This document shows, one piece after another, positions 29,796 to 44,300 of a stretch of 64,000 nt of DNA. Under the pieces are notes generated by a model. The model searched no databases. It was given only the letters and a program-made list of their open reading frames with translations, and was not told the DNA's origin. Origin of the DNA: Auanema rhodensis (lineage: Eukaryota; Animalia; Nematoda); the NCBI GenBank assembly GCA_964057225.1, contig OZ059898.1, positions 16,120,001 through 16,184,000 on the forward strand, read 5' to 3'. A program made the translations under genes and the position numbers. Numbering within the stretch: position 1 is the stretch's first letter; each line of letters begins with the position of its first letter.

Positions 29796-30729
29796 TTTAT
29801 GACACTCCGGCATATTTATTGATCTATAACCATAATATTTACCTAATTTCCCGAAAGAATTTTAGATAATAAGCTTGCTTCATTCAATAACCTCTATCTA
29901 CATGTCCAATTTTTTGGCATTATTTTTTTCCTATTTTTCATTTGATTCTAGAGGTATTTCAATTCTAGATTATCAACTTTCTTATGCTAGTTTCTATATC
30001 ATAACAGCAATTATCAATCGTAGTACCAAAGTCAACTTCAATTGTACGTACGTATAAGATTTTTTTCGTTTGTTCCATTCTTATCATAACGAACAGCAAT
30101 CCTGGAAAGACCTTGACACAAGCCATTCTATATTTTAGCCGATAAATGAACTATTTACTTTCATTGAAAACTTTCTTTTTACCGTCGATTCTATCATGTT
30201 TATCAAACTGCTCTAATATAATTTCATAGTTGTTTGAAAATTAGACGTGTCTTCCTATCCGCCCTTTACTTCATTGTTTAATGTTTCAAATTGTAGCAGT
30301 TTGGGTCAGTTTTACAATTCTCAGTGCAAGTATATTGTAAAGCATTTTTTCATTTTCCAGGAATGATGTATTGACTTAATTCTATAATATTTTCAATGCG
30401 AAACGTGTGAATTGATATTACATTCCTTATCAGTGTTTCAATCTTGTTAGGCAACATAATTCTTTTTCAAGATACAATGTTTGCTCTTTCAGCTTTGATT
30501 TTATATTTTTTTCTTCAAAATTTTCATAATATTAGTACATTTACTAAAAGTTAATTTATTTCTTTTCACCTAATTTGACCCACAAATTTTTCTTACTGTA
30601 TGAGAATTGTACGTAGTGATTCAAAATTCTCTTGGTACACGTTTTTTAACATTACATCTTTCATGATAACCTAGATTTCTTTCAACAATTTCTCTAGCTA
30701 AACTATCGAAACTTATATTTTTAGACATA

Positions 30730-31775
<1,046 letters not shown>

Positions 31776-32055
31776 GAAAAAAAATAATATTTATCTTTTT
31801 GATGTTCCATTGCATCAGATTGTAAGATTTTCACTTTGAGATCGTAATCTGTTTTTTGTTTTCTGTTTTCTAATAAAATATGCGTTTATTTTATATTCTT
31901 TCATGTAGTTTACACTAGTTTGGTCATTTACCCCGTGTTACCTTTCGTCCTGCCTTGATCTCTGTGTAGTTTCATCAAATTCTACCTCCTCAAATCGATT
32001 GGTTTCTGTATAGGTAGAATCGTTGGGCCTTTTGTTACTTGTTTTGGCTCTCACG

Positions 32056-35000
32056 ATGTTCCGACCTCTGAGTCTTTCTTTAAGAAACTGTAGACCAAAT
32101 GGTGGAGGTTTGAGTATTAATTATATTTGTTTAACTTTCCCTCTAATAATCCTGTGTCTGAGTTCCTAAAGTCTAATGTACTCTATCTGTTATTGTTCAT
32201 TAATTGAGAAAGAAAAATGACCCATGATCCGTGGGTTTAAATTATCACGATCACTTGTTGACGTTTAACAGTGAAGTAGTGAAGTAGTGAGCAGACAATT
32301 GATGACGGATCGCCAGTTTTTTTTTTTGTCCCTCTGTCTAACATTTAAGATTTTTTTTACCTTTTTACTGATAAGCTTCTGACAGCTATTCCTTATTCAT
32401 TTTATTTCCATCTTGTAATTAGTCAGTTAGTACTATATTTTTTCTTGTTACTAGTATTCTCTGAAAAACCTTTTTTTCAGGGTTCACTAGAAAATTTCAG
32501 AGTGCTCGATCTCATTCTAGAGCATTCCGGTTAGTGAAACGTCCGCTCTGTTTAACAGGTATACTATCAAAATAATCTGATTACTAGATAGGTTTTACAG
32601 CTCCTCGTGTCCTCAATTTAAATACTTTTAATTCACCGTCGTTACGATATTACACGATGGCTACCTGTGCCGCTCCTGCTAAAGAAAAATATGAGCGCCT
32701 CCCAGACTTTGCTCGTCCAACCCATTATAATGTAAAGCTTTGTCCTGATTTGTCGAAGTAAGAGGTGTCATCGATGACTTAGCATTCACTGAAACTTATA
32801 GATTTACTTTTGATGGTTTGATTAATATTGATGTTAATGTGATTAAGCCTACAAATATCTTGAAGTTGCATGCCCAAGAATTACAAATTTCTAGCGCATC
32901 TGTTCAACTTGCTGATCAATCTGGTAATATTAATTTCAAATGTATGAGCAATTAAATGATTCAGTTCTTAACAACTTGCAACATACGTATGACGAGAAGT
33001 TCCAGATTCTTACTGTAAATCTCCCCAATGAGATTGCTTCTCAACAAGTTTGTTAATATTTACAAAAAATAGTCCATATAGTCATTTATCAGATTAAACT
33101 TACGATTGATTTTGTTGGAGAACTCAATGATAAAATGAGAGGATTCTATAGAAGTTCCTACAAAAACGGTGAAGGAGAAAACAAATTCTTAGCTTCCACT
33201 CAATTCGAGGTTCTTTCCCGTTTCCATGTTGCCCTCATAATTTGTTTTACAGTCAACCTATGCTCGCTACTCTTTCCCATGTTGGGACGAACCTATTTAC
33301 AAGGCTACCTTTGATGTGACCTTGGTTGTTGATAAAGAACATACAGCTTTGTCCAATATGGTACATAAATATACCAAAACTATTAATTACGATTATTGAA
33401 GGATGTCAAATCCGAGAAGGAAAGCCCATGTGGAAAAAAAAAGATAGTTGAATTCAACACTTCGCCAATAATGTCAACATATCTTGTTGCTTTTGCTGTG
33501 GGGGAGCTCGAATACATTGAGGTGATTACAAAATGGGTGTGAATATGAAACATATTGTTATAGAGCAAAACCAAAAGTGGAACCGTCATGAGGGTTTACA
33601 CTGTTCCTGGAAAGAAGGATCACGGAGAATTCGCTTTAGAACTCTCGACTAAGTATCTAAATTTATAATTTTATTTAACATTAATGATATTATTCATAGG
33701 GCTATTGATTGGTACAATGAATGGTTTGATATTCCATATCCACTTCCAAAATGTGATCTGATCGCTATCCCAGATTTCAGCATGGGTAAACAAGCGGGGA
33801 TACTCGAATTTTTGAAATGAGTATGTTTCAGGAGCTATGGAGAATTGGGGTCTCGTAACATACCGTGAGGTCGCTCTTCTTTTCGACGCTAATAAGTCTT
33901 CTACTAGACAAAAGGCTAGAATTGCTCTTATTATTGCTCACGAGTTAGCTCATCTTTGGTTTGGAGATCTTGTCACCATGGTATGCTCTGAGATTTATTT
34001 ACATTTTATATGCTTTCTTGAAGAAATGGTGGACTGATCTATGGCTGAAGGAAGGATTCGCTTCTTTCATGGAGTATATGTTTGTTGGATATAATTATGA
34101 TGAGTTCAAAATTTGGTTGTACTTCTTAAATGATGAACTTGCCCAAGGATTCCAACTAGATGCTTTGAGAAGTTCCCATCCCATTGAAGTTAGTGGTGAA
34201 ATGTGATCATAGTTTTATATGTTTTACCAGGTTGAAATCGATGATCCCAATGAGTTGGACGAAATCTACGACTCTATCACTTATGCCAAATCCAATTCTG
34301 TCAATAGAATGCTCTGCTATTACTTAGGAGAAGAAACCTTCCAAAAGGGTCTTCGTCACTATCTTAAGAAGTATCAATACGGAAATGCCGTAACGGTGGA
34401 TTTATGGAACTCTTTAAGTGAGGCTTCCGGCCAGGTTGAAATGACCAGATTATTCTTGTCATATTTCATATTTTAGGATGTAGCTAGTTTGATGTCTGGA
34501 TGGACAAAGCAAATGGGTTTCCCACTTGTAACATGTACTCAATCCCAAAATGGCTCCGACCGTGTTTTGAAACTCAAACAAAAGAGATTCCTTGCTGATG
34601 GCGGAGACGATTGTGCTAATCAGTTGTGGCAGGTAACAATATGATGCTTTTATTAATTAGTGAATTCATATTATCAGGTTCCTATTACTGTGTCAGTAGG
34701 ATCCAATCCATCTGGAGTCAAAGCAAGCTTTCTTCTCAAGGAAAGAGAACAAGAATTCGTTATAAAGGATGTACCTGCTGGTGAATGGTTGAAAGTTTGT
34801 TATTTTTCTAATTTCTCGGTTTAATGCAATTTTTAAGTTGAACGCCGGAACTACTGGGTTCTACAGAGTCGAGTATGATGAAGAATCTTTCAAGACTCTT
34901 CTGGCTGCTATTGCAAGCGGACAAATGCCTGTTTTGGATCGTTTCGGAATTACCAACGATCTCTTCGCTCTTGTTAGAGCCGGAAGAGCTCCTGCTTCTC

Positions 35001-36132
35001 AGTTCTTATCTCTACTTGAAGCATCTGTCAATGAAGAAGAAAATGTTGTTTGGGGAGCTTTGGATGCCGGAATTTCTGCTTTGAATAATGTCATAATGCA
35101 TGCTGATACCGACGGAAGTCTCAAAAAACGGTATATAATACATTAGGTAACTACAAAATCTTCATATTTTCAGCCTTGACAACTTCATTTCTAAAACCAT
35201 TGCTCCAGTTGGGGAACGAGTTGGATGGGAGCCAAAACCCGGAGAAGGTCGAACATATATGGTTTAAATAATAATGTTTATGTTTCAGATTCTCAAAGAT
35301 CACTTATGCGTTCAGTTATTCACGGACGTTTATCTAAGGCTGGACATCAACCCACAATTCTCAAGATGAAATCACTCTTCGACGAGCATTTTCATCAAAA
35401 AAAAGAACTTCACCCTGACCTTCGTTTAGCGGTTTGGCTACCAATTTGTTTTGAATTTGTCTTTTTTCCGTTATAGATCTACGGATCTGTAGCCCGCAAT
35501 TATGGAGAAGAAGCTTTCAATCAACTTCTTCAAATTTACGAAACTGTCGGATTTGGAGAAGTTGAAAGACAAGCTCTGGTTGCTCTTGCTCAAACACCTT
35601 CAATTCCCCTTCTTCAAAACTTATATAATTACGGTATCGTAGAGGTGAGTAGACGGGATTCTTGCTGTTGATTCATAAATGTTATACAGGGTAAAGTCAG
35701 ATCTCAAGACTTAATGATGTTGATGGTTGGTCCAAGTGGAAGTAAACCAGGCCAAGAATTCCTCTGGCCTTATTTCAAAGAAAATGTCAAACTCTTGATT
35801 GACAAATTCGGAGGAGCAAATGCCAGTTTATTCCAGGTTCTTAGTCTCGAACATACAATTATTTAAAAAATATGTTTCAGCATTGTTTCAAGCTTTCTGC
35901 CGACAGTTACTGTACCGAAGAAGTTGCTAAAGATGTAGAAGGCTTTTTCTGCACTTGTCTAGACGCAAGCTCGGTCAGAATTTTAGATAGACCTATCAGA
36001 CAGGTAAAAAACATATTTGTCTAAATAAGAAATTCAATGTTGCAGGTTACTGAATCTATTCGTTTGAATCGCTCTCTTCTAATGAAGAACTCACCTGTTG
36101 TTGACGAGTTCTTGAAGACGAAAAATTTTTAA
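32056..36132 (+). CDS. pam-1: Puromycin-sensitive aminopeptidase (M1 family): long isoform from ATG 32056, short isoform from ATG 32657
   Basis: 22 exons. ERLP start, [26 protein letters not shown]...WLKEGFA zinc motif, ERAP-C domain. Confidence 0.95.
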
Positions 36133-36248
36133 TTCCTTTCAGCGTACACCAACACATTAATTTCTGTCAATAACTTTATTGTAATAACTTTATTTTCTGC
36201 ATAAAGTAATTTCTTGAACAATTTATGAAATTTATGAACTAATGTGAC

Positions 36249-36778
36249 TTAATTTTTCTCTTCGCTTGGATCGGAGTTGATACCTGAATTTTTTCGAATA
36301 TTCAATGCATATTATCCAAATACCTAACCTTTAAAACATTCTGTGCGCGTGACGCATTCCATAAAAGCCATCATCTCTTCCCCACATCTGCCATTCTGCA
36401 TTTCTTCCTGTGTAGCAACATTCTGGCAATTTATAGCCTCTCTGCGATCATAATTCAAAGTTTGTAGAATAATATTAACGGTACCTAAAACTCCATCCAC
36501 AAGGGCTTGCAACCATATGTCCTACACAGTGGCATTCGAAATTCATAGATCCATCTGGCTTAGTTGGGCCAGGATTGTTACTTCGATAAACTTCCGTAGG
36601 GTCGGTATCAGCTAGCGTTTGTATGTAGTCATCACTAATATCGCTCCAAAATTCTGCTGGGGTCACATAATTTATCTAAAGAACTAAACTGAGTAGTCAA
36701 AATAATGAGATCCTCAAATACACTATGCCTCTCAGAAAATATAGGTGGTGACGAAGATGAAGTTGTATCTGAAGACAT
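36249..36778 (-). CDS. MIA40/CHCHD4-like oxidoreductase paralog with CHC in place of CPC
   Basis: 4 exons. DGSMNFECHCVGHMVASPCGWSF|REAINC...CGEEMMAFMEC gives CxC plus twin CX9C. Confidence 0.85.
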
Positions 36779-36981
36779 AACTGTACTATTAGCATTATTA
36801 AAGATATGTTCTGTCTGCTTAGACTACAGCTAATTTAAAGGTCTGTGTTATCTACTTCCTGCCACGATGTTTTCATAATTTCCTTCATGAATTTTGGTTG
36901 TGGAATATTTCTAATATTTTTAATTTAATTTAATATTTTGATATTTGGTCAAGCTTATTTTTTTTTTTTAGAATATTCTAG

Positions 36982-37909
36982 ATGCCTCGTTCCAGGAGAG
37001 ATAAGGATGGTAAGTGTAGTACAGCAGATTTTACTTGAACTTTCTTAATTTCAGTTTCTTTGACCAAGGTCAAGAAGAAGACTAAAGCAACAAAAGAGAG
37101 TTTAATTAAAGAGGTATGCTTAATAGTTAAAGTTTGTTAGATATGCATTTATAACCTAATGCATTTCAGGTTAGAAAATCTGTCGATTCTTATTCTGATG
37201 TTTACGTTTTCACTATTGAAAATTTGCGTAGTACCCTATTCACTGATGTAAGAGTAAACTAATCGATATTCAGTATGATTATTTTTCAGATCAGACAGAA
37301 GTTGAAGGCTTCTTCTCGGTTTTTCCTTGGCAGGAATAATGTTATGGCAGTTGCTCTTGGCAGGGACTCAAATACCGAGTGCGCTGAGAAACTACACAAA
37401 GTACGGCCTCGTCTATTATTTTTGCATAACATAATCAACTTTCAGATTAGTGAGCAATTAAAAGGCAATTGTGGATTGATGTTCACAAACTTACCTAAAG
37501 AAGAAGTTATCAAGTATGTAGAAAATTAATTTTCTCTTATGTGAATGTGCTTAGATTTTTTGAACAAGTAAAAGAAGCTGATTATGCTCGTGCTGGTGAA
37601 ATCGCTACCCAAGATGTTATCATTCCTGAAGGGCCTCTTCCACAATTTGCCTTTTCTATTGAACCTCAGTTAAGAAAGCTTGGATTGCCAACTCAGTTAG
37701 TAAAGGGAGCTATAGCTTTGTATCAAGATTTCGAAGTTTGTAAGGAAGGTAGCGCTATCAGTGTTGAAAGTGCAAAGGTAGGAAATACATTAACTTTATA
37801 TTTATGAAACTTTTTCCAGATTCTTAAAATGTTTGAGCGTAAATTGGCATTTTTCCAAGTAAAGCTGAATTCACACTGGTCGAAGTCAACTGGATTTGAG
37901 TCTTTGTAG
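36982..37909 (+). CDS. Ribosome assembly factor MRT4/MRTO4
   Basis: MPRSRRDKDVSLTKVKKK, SRFFLGRNNVMAVALG, CGLMFTN, DYARAG, IEPQLRKLGLPT; 7 exons. Confidence 0.93.
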
Positions 37910-38099
37910 AGTTATCGCTACCTCGTTGTTATTGTTTGTTGTTGTTGTTAAGATTATTATGGTGCAGTTTCCAATTGTTTAAGTTTTTTTATTGCAACAA
38001 AGTTTTTAAAATACACTGTTTAATAATGTTTCTGATCGTCTTCGTCCAGCTACTTATAGTTTTTTCTGGGTAAAATTAAAGCTAGATAGTTTAATTTAG

Positions 38100-38664
38100 A
38101 TGTTATTACGCCGTATTGGGTTAGTGGCTACGAGAAGATTAGCTTCGAAAGAAGCTGTTGAACCTCAGTTTAGTAAAAGCGCTGCTTTCATGGTATCTTT
38201 CGAGTCATTTTCTTGTTCGTCAGTTGTGTTTAGGGTAAAAAACGAGTTATTCATGGGCCTAGTGCTACCTTCGATTATTATACCACGGATGAATTTGCTA
38301 ACAAAAAAATATTATCAGCTCTTCTGAGTTTAACGGCACTTGTCGCATATTTTGGTTGGATCAGGTTCGATTAAGCTTGGGTATGAGAACATAAATTTGA
38401 GTTTATCAGAGAACCATCTGATTTGGATGATGTTTGGAGTACTCCACCTCATATATTAACTGCTAATTTAGAGCGAAAGATGTTAAGAAATCAGATCAAA
38501 GATGTTGTAAATCTGCTTTGAAACTATATATATCAATTTTTTAGGCTCAAGATAAAGGCCAAAATACTGAATTCTTACAAGCCCAACTTGAATACGTAGA
38601 TGTCAAGGAGGAAGCCCTGAGAATACAGTTCCAGGACAAAACCAAAAAGATTGGTTCTGTATAA
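38100..38664 (+). CDS. Small mitochondrial single-TM protein, CCSMST1/UQCC4-like
   Basis: Presequence MLLRRIGLVATRRLAS; TM ILSALLSLTALVAYFGWI followed by REPSDLDD, similar to the family YF..LREE.D.D motif; 4 exons. Confidence 0.6.
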
Positions 38665-38955
38665 TTTTTTTAGTTTTAGATAATTGTAGTTTATTTATTA
38701 ATAAAATTTTATATTTTCAATACTCTTATTATTATATGGGATCTGATTCTATTAATGGAAACATGAATGTTGACAATTTCATTTTTTTTGTTTCTTTGCT
38801 TTCTCATTTCTTTTCAAATCAAAAAAATCAAAAACACATGAGAGAAGGTATACATTTATTTTGATAGTATTGGAATGTATCATTTCTAAGTGCTTTACAA
38901 TACAAATTAAACCAAATATAAAACCTTGCAAACTAATAGATAAAACATTTCTAGA

Positions 38956-40059
38956 TTAGTCTTTCTTCATTCGAGTGGTGGTCATTCTATAGATGATAGA
39001 ATCCTTTCCTGGGTCCATGGTCATCATTCCAACAGCAGCATAAAGAACAGCCAATGCAAGAGCTAAGGTGATACCAAGGAAGATGGCGAAGATAGCGGGG
39101 TAGTCAGATGAGGTGAAGACGGATACGTTGAACATTTGGCGGTATGTTTTAAGGTTCTTGTCACTATCAGTAATTGCTGTTGCTTCTCTCTTCTTGATAT
39201 TATGCTCAGGCTCAGCAACCTTGATGAGGGAAGAAACACAGGCGATCTCTACAACGACATTATCTCCATAAGCAGTAGTTAAAGCTGAAGTAAGTTCCTG
39301 GACGGCATTATTGATGTCAGCGATGGCTACGGCACGTTCGTCATCGGAAAGATTAAGTCCAGAAAGACTCTGTAAGTATACAGTTATATCATGTTTTTGT
39401 GAATTAAAAAACCTTAATATCGGCACGGTAGATATCGGCGGTTTCAGAGACAGCGAATTTAGCTCCCTGAGCTTTAATAGCCTGAGCGAGCTTATAAATT
39501 TGTTCCAATTCACTACGAAGAGCATCAATCTTAGTCTTGATGACAGAGGTATCAACAGTCTGTTCAGCAGCTAGTCCGGAAATAGAAGATCCGCTGATGC
39601 CTCCCTTGGTAGCATGAGCAAACTCGCGATCAGCTCCAAAAGTCAAAGCGAGCTTAGCATCCAAAGATACAAGGTCCAGCCCGTTCTGAAAAACAAACTA
39701 GTCACTAAAAACAATTAAACTAGCTACAAACATTTTCAAGATCGAAAGTTTTGGCGTTTTCAGCAATCAAGTCAACTCCCTCAACGTAAACTGAAGCAAG
39801 AGCACGAGGACGGCTAAACAAATCACTTTCTACGGAGAAGCCTAAACATATAACACTTGAAAGAAAATATTATTAGTTAATTGTTACCTTTTACTGGAAC
39901 AGCGGAAAGTCCAAGAATGTTAGCATTCAAATCGGCAATCTTAGAAGATTTGATAGATCCTTCACCTGAGATGTCGATACTCTTTGGCAGGGTTGTGAAT
40001 TGAAGAGAGGAAGCCGAGACTCCGGCTATCAGAGCAATGCTGAATACTATCCACTTCAT
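38956..40059 (-). CDS. vha-20: V-ATPase accessory subunit / (pro)renin receptor ATP6AP2
   Basis: Signal peptide MKWIVFSIALIAGVSA directly after a TTTTCAG acceptor; LFSRPRA; dibasic IKKREA; DYPAIFAI plus TM; tail MDPGKDSIIYRMTTTRMKKD. Confidence 0.92.
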
Positions 40060-40293
40060 CTGAAAATAAAAATTGAAAGCAAAAAACAAAATATATTAAA
40101 AGTATAGAAGCCCGTTGTGACAGGTGATAATACATACAATATAAAGGTTTAAAATACATTTATAATAACAAGATAACAAAGAAAACACAACAATAATTGC
40201 ACTTATAATTGACAAAAATAAAAGATCCTACTCATCTACTTAAAGGCTATTATTAAATGAGGTCTATGATATTGTGCTTGAATTGAGAACATT

Positions 40294-40992
40294 TTACCAC
40301 ATAGCTCTTTGAACTCCACTGAGCTGACTATGATCTGCCATTTTTCTAAAACCGTTTCGTACATTACGATTTTATTTACAACTTTTTAATATACCTGAAC
40401 AAATGACGATTCAATCTGTATGGTTTTATTTTTCCTCTTTGCCTTCCTGTGAACATACACATGTTGAGAATCAAACGGGGTCTGCTGTATTTGGGCATAT
40501 TGTGAAGATTCTCAGCTGCTTCATCTCTAATAGCTTGGGGCAATATGTTATTCTCTTTTAAAGCCTTAAGCCTCATTCGATCTGCTCCTGTTTCTTGCAA
40601 AACTTCACGACGATTTACATCTCTCAACTGTCTCCAGGTTGCCCAGAAAGTCATGCGCTTGCCCTTTTTCCACCATTCTCTCTCAACATAGTAGGGATAC
40701 TGGTCGAGTCTAAATATTTTAAGATTGTACAATATGAATCATATGGTTTCTCACTTAAGAGCAGTTATAGTTTCACCTGAATATGGCTGATAAACCACGG
40801 ACTTGTTAGCAGCAGCCTCAATTTCATCCACAACTGGAAGCTCTTTCTGAAAATCAATAAATATTATAAGAATTATTATTAAAAACTTACCGATTCAGAA
40901 GCTTCAGCAGCAGTGGTAGTAGATGAAGGAGTACACAGAGAGCGACAGGAAGGTGTAAATGATTGCCTCAGGGTGTTTAAAACCCGTAACAT
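40294..40992 (-). CDS. mrps-14: Mitochondrial ribosomal protein uS14m
   Basis: Presequence MLRVLNTLRQ; WRQLRDVNRR...LNMCMFTGRQRG...LNRHLFR|KMADHSQLSGVQRAMW*. Confidence 0.93.
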
Positions 40993-41378
40993 TCTTAACA
41001 AATACCAAAGTAGTGAGAAATACAGTGATATAACGAAGAGAAAACAGAGCCGTACTTAAACGGAAGGTTCAACGTCATAAATACATAAAATAAACAATTC
41101 TTTAATTATCAATTGATGTACATCAGACATTTTTTTAAATTATTTTGTATGACCTACTGGATAACAAACTTTAAGGCACGAAACTCAAAAATTTCTCGAT
41201 AACCGTGTTGATCGTATAATGCTAAACCCGAGATGTTAATTTTGAAGCTATCCTATGGAAAGCTTGCAATTAAAGAAAGTGAGGCTTAAAAAGTGAGAAC
41301 ACAGAGTCAAATATATCACAGGATGACCACAGGTATATTAATTATAGAAATAAATAGAATTTGTAGAAAATAACATTA

Positions 41379-44300
41379 CTATTCTTGTTCGAAAAAGGTA
41401 CTTTGTCCAGCCTTAGTTGCTCTTGGCCGGCTCACCATAATTTTTATTGATCCTGTCAAATCAGCACTGACAATGACATGACCTCCTACACGTTCTCCGC
41501 TAACTTGACAATCTTTGCGATCTAGCATGGCCATGAAAACCTGTATTCAATTTCAAAAGATTGAAAAACAAAAACCAAAAATTAATACCTGAGGTTTAGG
41601 AGCAAAAACAGCAACAGAAACCGGGGTATTATGCGCTCGAACTCGTTCCCACATAGCATTTCTATCTTTTCTAACTGATAAAGTAGTAGGAAGATCGGAT
41701 GTTCTCCATATGTATACAAATCTGTCATATAGAGGCTATATTTTGTAAATAAATTATTTAAATACTTGTCTTCAGAGCCACAAATTATATGGCGACCATC
41801 CGGTGAAAACGCAGCTCGAATCTGTGAATGATCGTTTTGAGCTCCACGGAATTTACAAGTTAATGCCATGTCTCTCACATCATACATTCGAATTCGAGAG
41901 TCATTGGATGTAACCTAGAATAGCAAAGTGTATTACTAAAAAAAGAAGAAAGACTAAAAACCAGAAGTTTATCGCCATGAACAGCTAAGCCTGTAACTTT
42001 ATGGCCTCTCGCATTTTTTCCACGAGTGGAACGAACATCAACCACTGTGTGGTATTTCAATTGCTAAAGTAAAAAATAGGAATTAAATACGAATTGAACG
42101 TGTCTTACATCACTAGTATAGAAATAACAACGACCGTTATATGTGCCAACAACGGCAAATTTCCCATTTTTGACGAATGTAATTGCAGTGATAAACTTGA
42201 CTTGAACTTCGTTCCATACCGCAACTTTCTTATCAGGAATGTACCACAAACGGAGCTTGCCATCAAGGGAACCAGACAAGAAATAACGGTCATCCTAATC
42301 AATATGGAACGATGACACAAAAAATATGAAAATCCTACCTTTGGAAGAAAAGCTACACAAGTTACAAAATCAACATGTTGGAAGCAACATAAACATTCTG
42401 CTCTTGATAAATGCCATAATTTTACAGTGCGATCCATGCCAGAGGAAAGGATGAAATAGTTTTTCGACCAGGAAAGATCAAGGATATCAGCACTATGACC
42501 CTTAAATCACTTTTACATTTTGCTTCATGACTACAGGAAATACCTTAAATACAGCAAATGGTTTGCCAGCCAGCAGAGTTGTATGATCTTCGGATTCATC
42601 CATCATGGAATCACTTGCGGGTAGACTGTCTGCGGAACTTGGAGGACGGAACGATGCCATATCGTTCATAGTTGACTCAAATACATCAGAAGCTGATCCA
42701 CATGCATCTGCTTTCTGCTGATACCTACAAACTTAAATAATATTCAATTCATCTATATAACTATGCAAACCTTTCTCTCATTTCCTGAAAATGTTTGATA
42801 TGACTTCGTGCTGCCCAGACTCTAATGATTGCATCCTGGCCTGCAGTAGCAATTAATCTTCCACAAATAGAAAACCTTATACACCACACCGCTCCGGTAT
42901 GTTCGTTATTAATTTCCTAAATATTTGAAAAAAGGACTATACACCTGATTATCTAAAATTCACCTGTTCGATTCTTAGCTGTTCAAAATCGAAAGGACCC
43001 TTTTTCGCCTTTCGAGGACGAACAATAGATCCCCCAATACTTCGACCAGTAGTAGCGCCATCGCTCTGTTCTCCATCACTATCAGTGGTATCCTCATCAA
43101 CACCCTTAACACTAGCAGTTCTGAAGATACGGTATGTTCATAAATCAAACAAGTAGAAAAAGCTACCCTATATGACCAGCTCTTTTTACTTTTTGTATAG
43201 CCCCACGAAATAAGCCTGAAGCAATAGCCCCATAATTTTGAGCAAATGTTTTGGCTTGTCCAACAGTAGATCTGGCAGTAGAAAATGTTTCTGATCTTCC
43301 ATCATCACTGAAATAAAAAAATATCCAAGAAATGTAATACAACTTTTTTATTACCACAATGAATCATTTAAAGTTCCATCTCTTTTCATACTCATTCTTC
43401 TTTCGACATCTCTTGTTATTGGATCTATGGAAGATGACAACGATGTCGAAGGTAAACGAGACTCTATATCCGATGTCTGAAACTCATCACGGAGCTAAAG
43501 TAAAATATTAACATATCTAGCAAGACATCTTATCTTACGGAATAATCAGTTATATTCATCTGCTGATTATCTTCGACGGCATTATTTTCAACATCATTCT
43601 CGGTTTTGTTTCCTTTCGATACATGTGAGCTTGGAGAAGATACCGAAGAAGATCCCGAAGTTATGGGTTCTAAAGTATCAGGAGGAAGCTATAAGATATT
43701 TAAGTAATATATTGCAGTATCAGTAAAAGTAACCTTGTCAGGTAAAATACCAGTTGTTATTTGGCGAATAACACCGGCAGCAGCTGAGTTTCTTTCTCCT
43801 TCCTCGCCATCAGTCTCATCTGGCCTTTTTAAAGAATTCGATTTATTTGATGGAGGTGGAAACGGTCCAGCCTAACGTTTAGAATAACAAAATCAAGTAT
43901 AAAATCAATACATACTTTCAAACTTTTTGCTAAAGTCAGTCCTCGATCAAGAGAATTAGTTTTAGCATGGCCTCTTCGGCGGGAGCCATTTTCACCCGTA
44001 GAACTAATAGAATCATTTGAAGTTGTGGACATTCTAAAAAAAGCAAGTGAGGGTGCTGACAACGTTTTGATATGCTTACCTTTGACTCTTTAAAGAAATC
44101 CCTTGGCTTGCAACACTGTCCGTTGATGTTTTTGCAACAGGTGTGTGAAAACTTAAAAATTTGAGAATTTCATTAGTACGAAAATAACTGAATATACCTG
44201 TCTGTGTCAGCATTCGCTAATCGTGCTACAACTTCTGATGCTACAGGATCAGGCAATCTGATAGAAGGATTTCGGGGAGGAAGTGGCGGGGGTGTTCGAA

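Noticed and set aside
39311-39574. Antisense ORFs over vha-20 (similar ones over sym-4, toca and kqt-1)
   Set aside because: Shadow frames of real coding exons.
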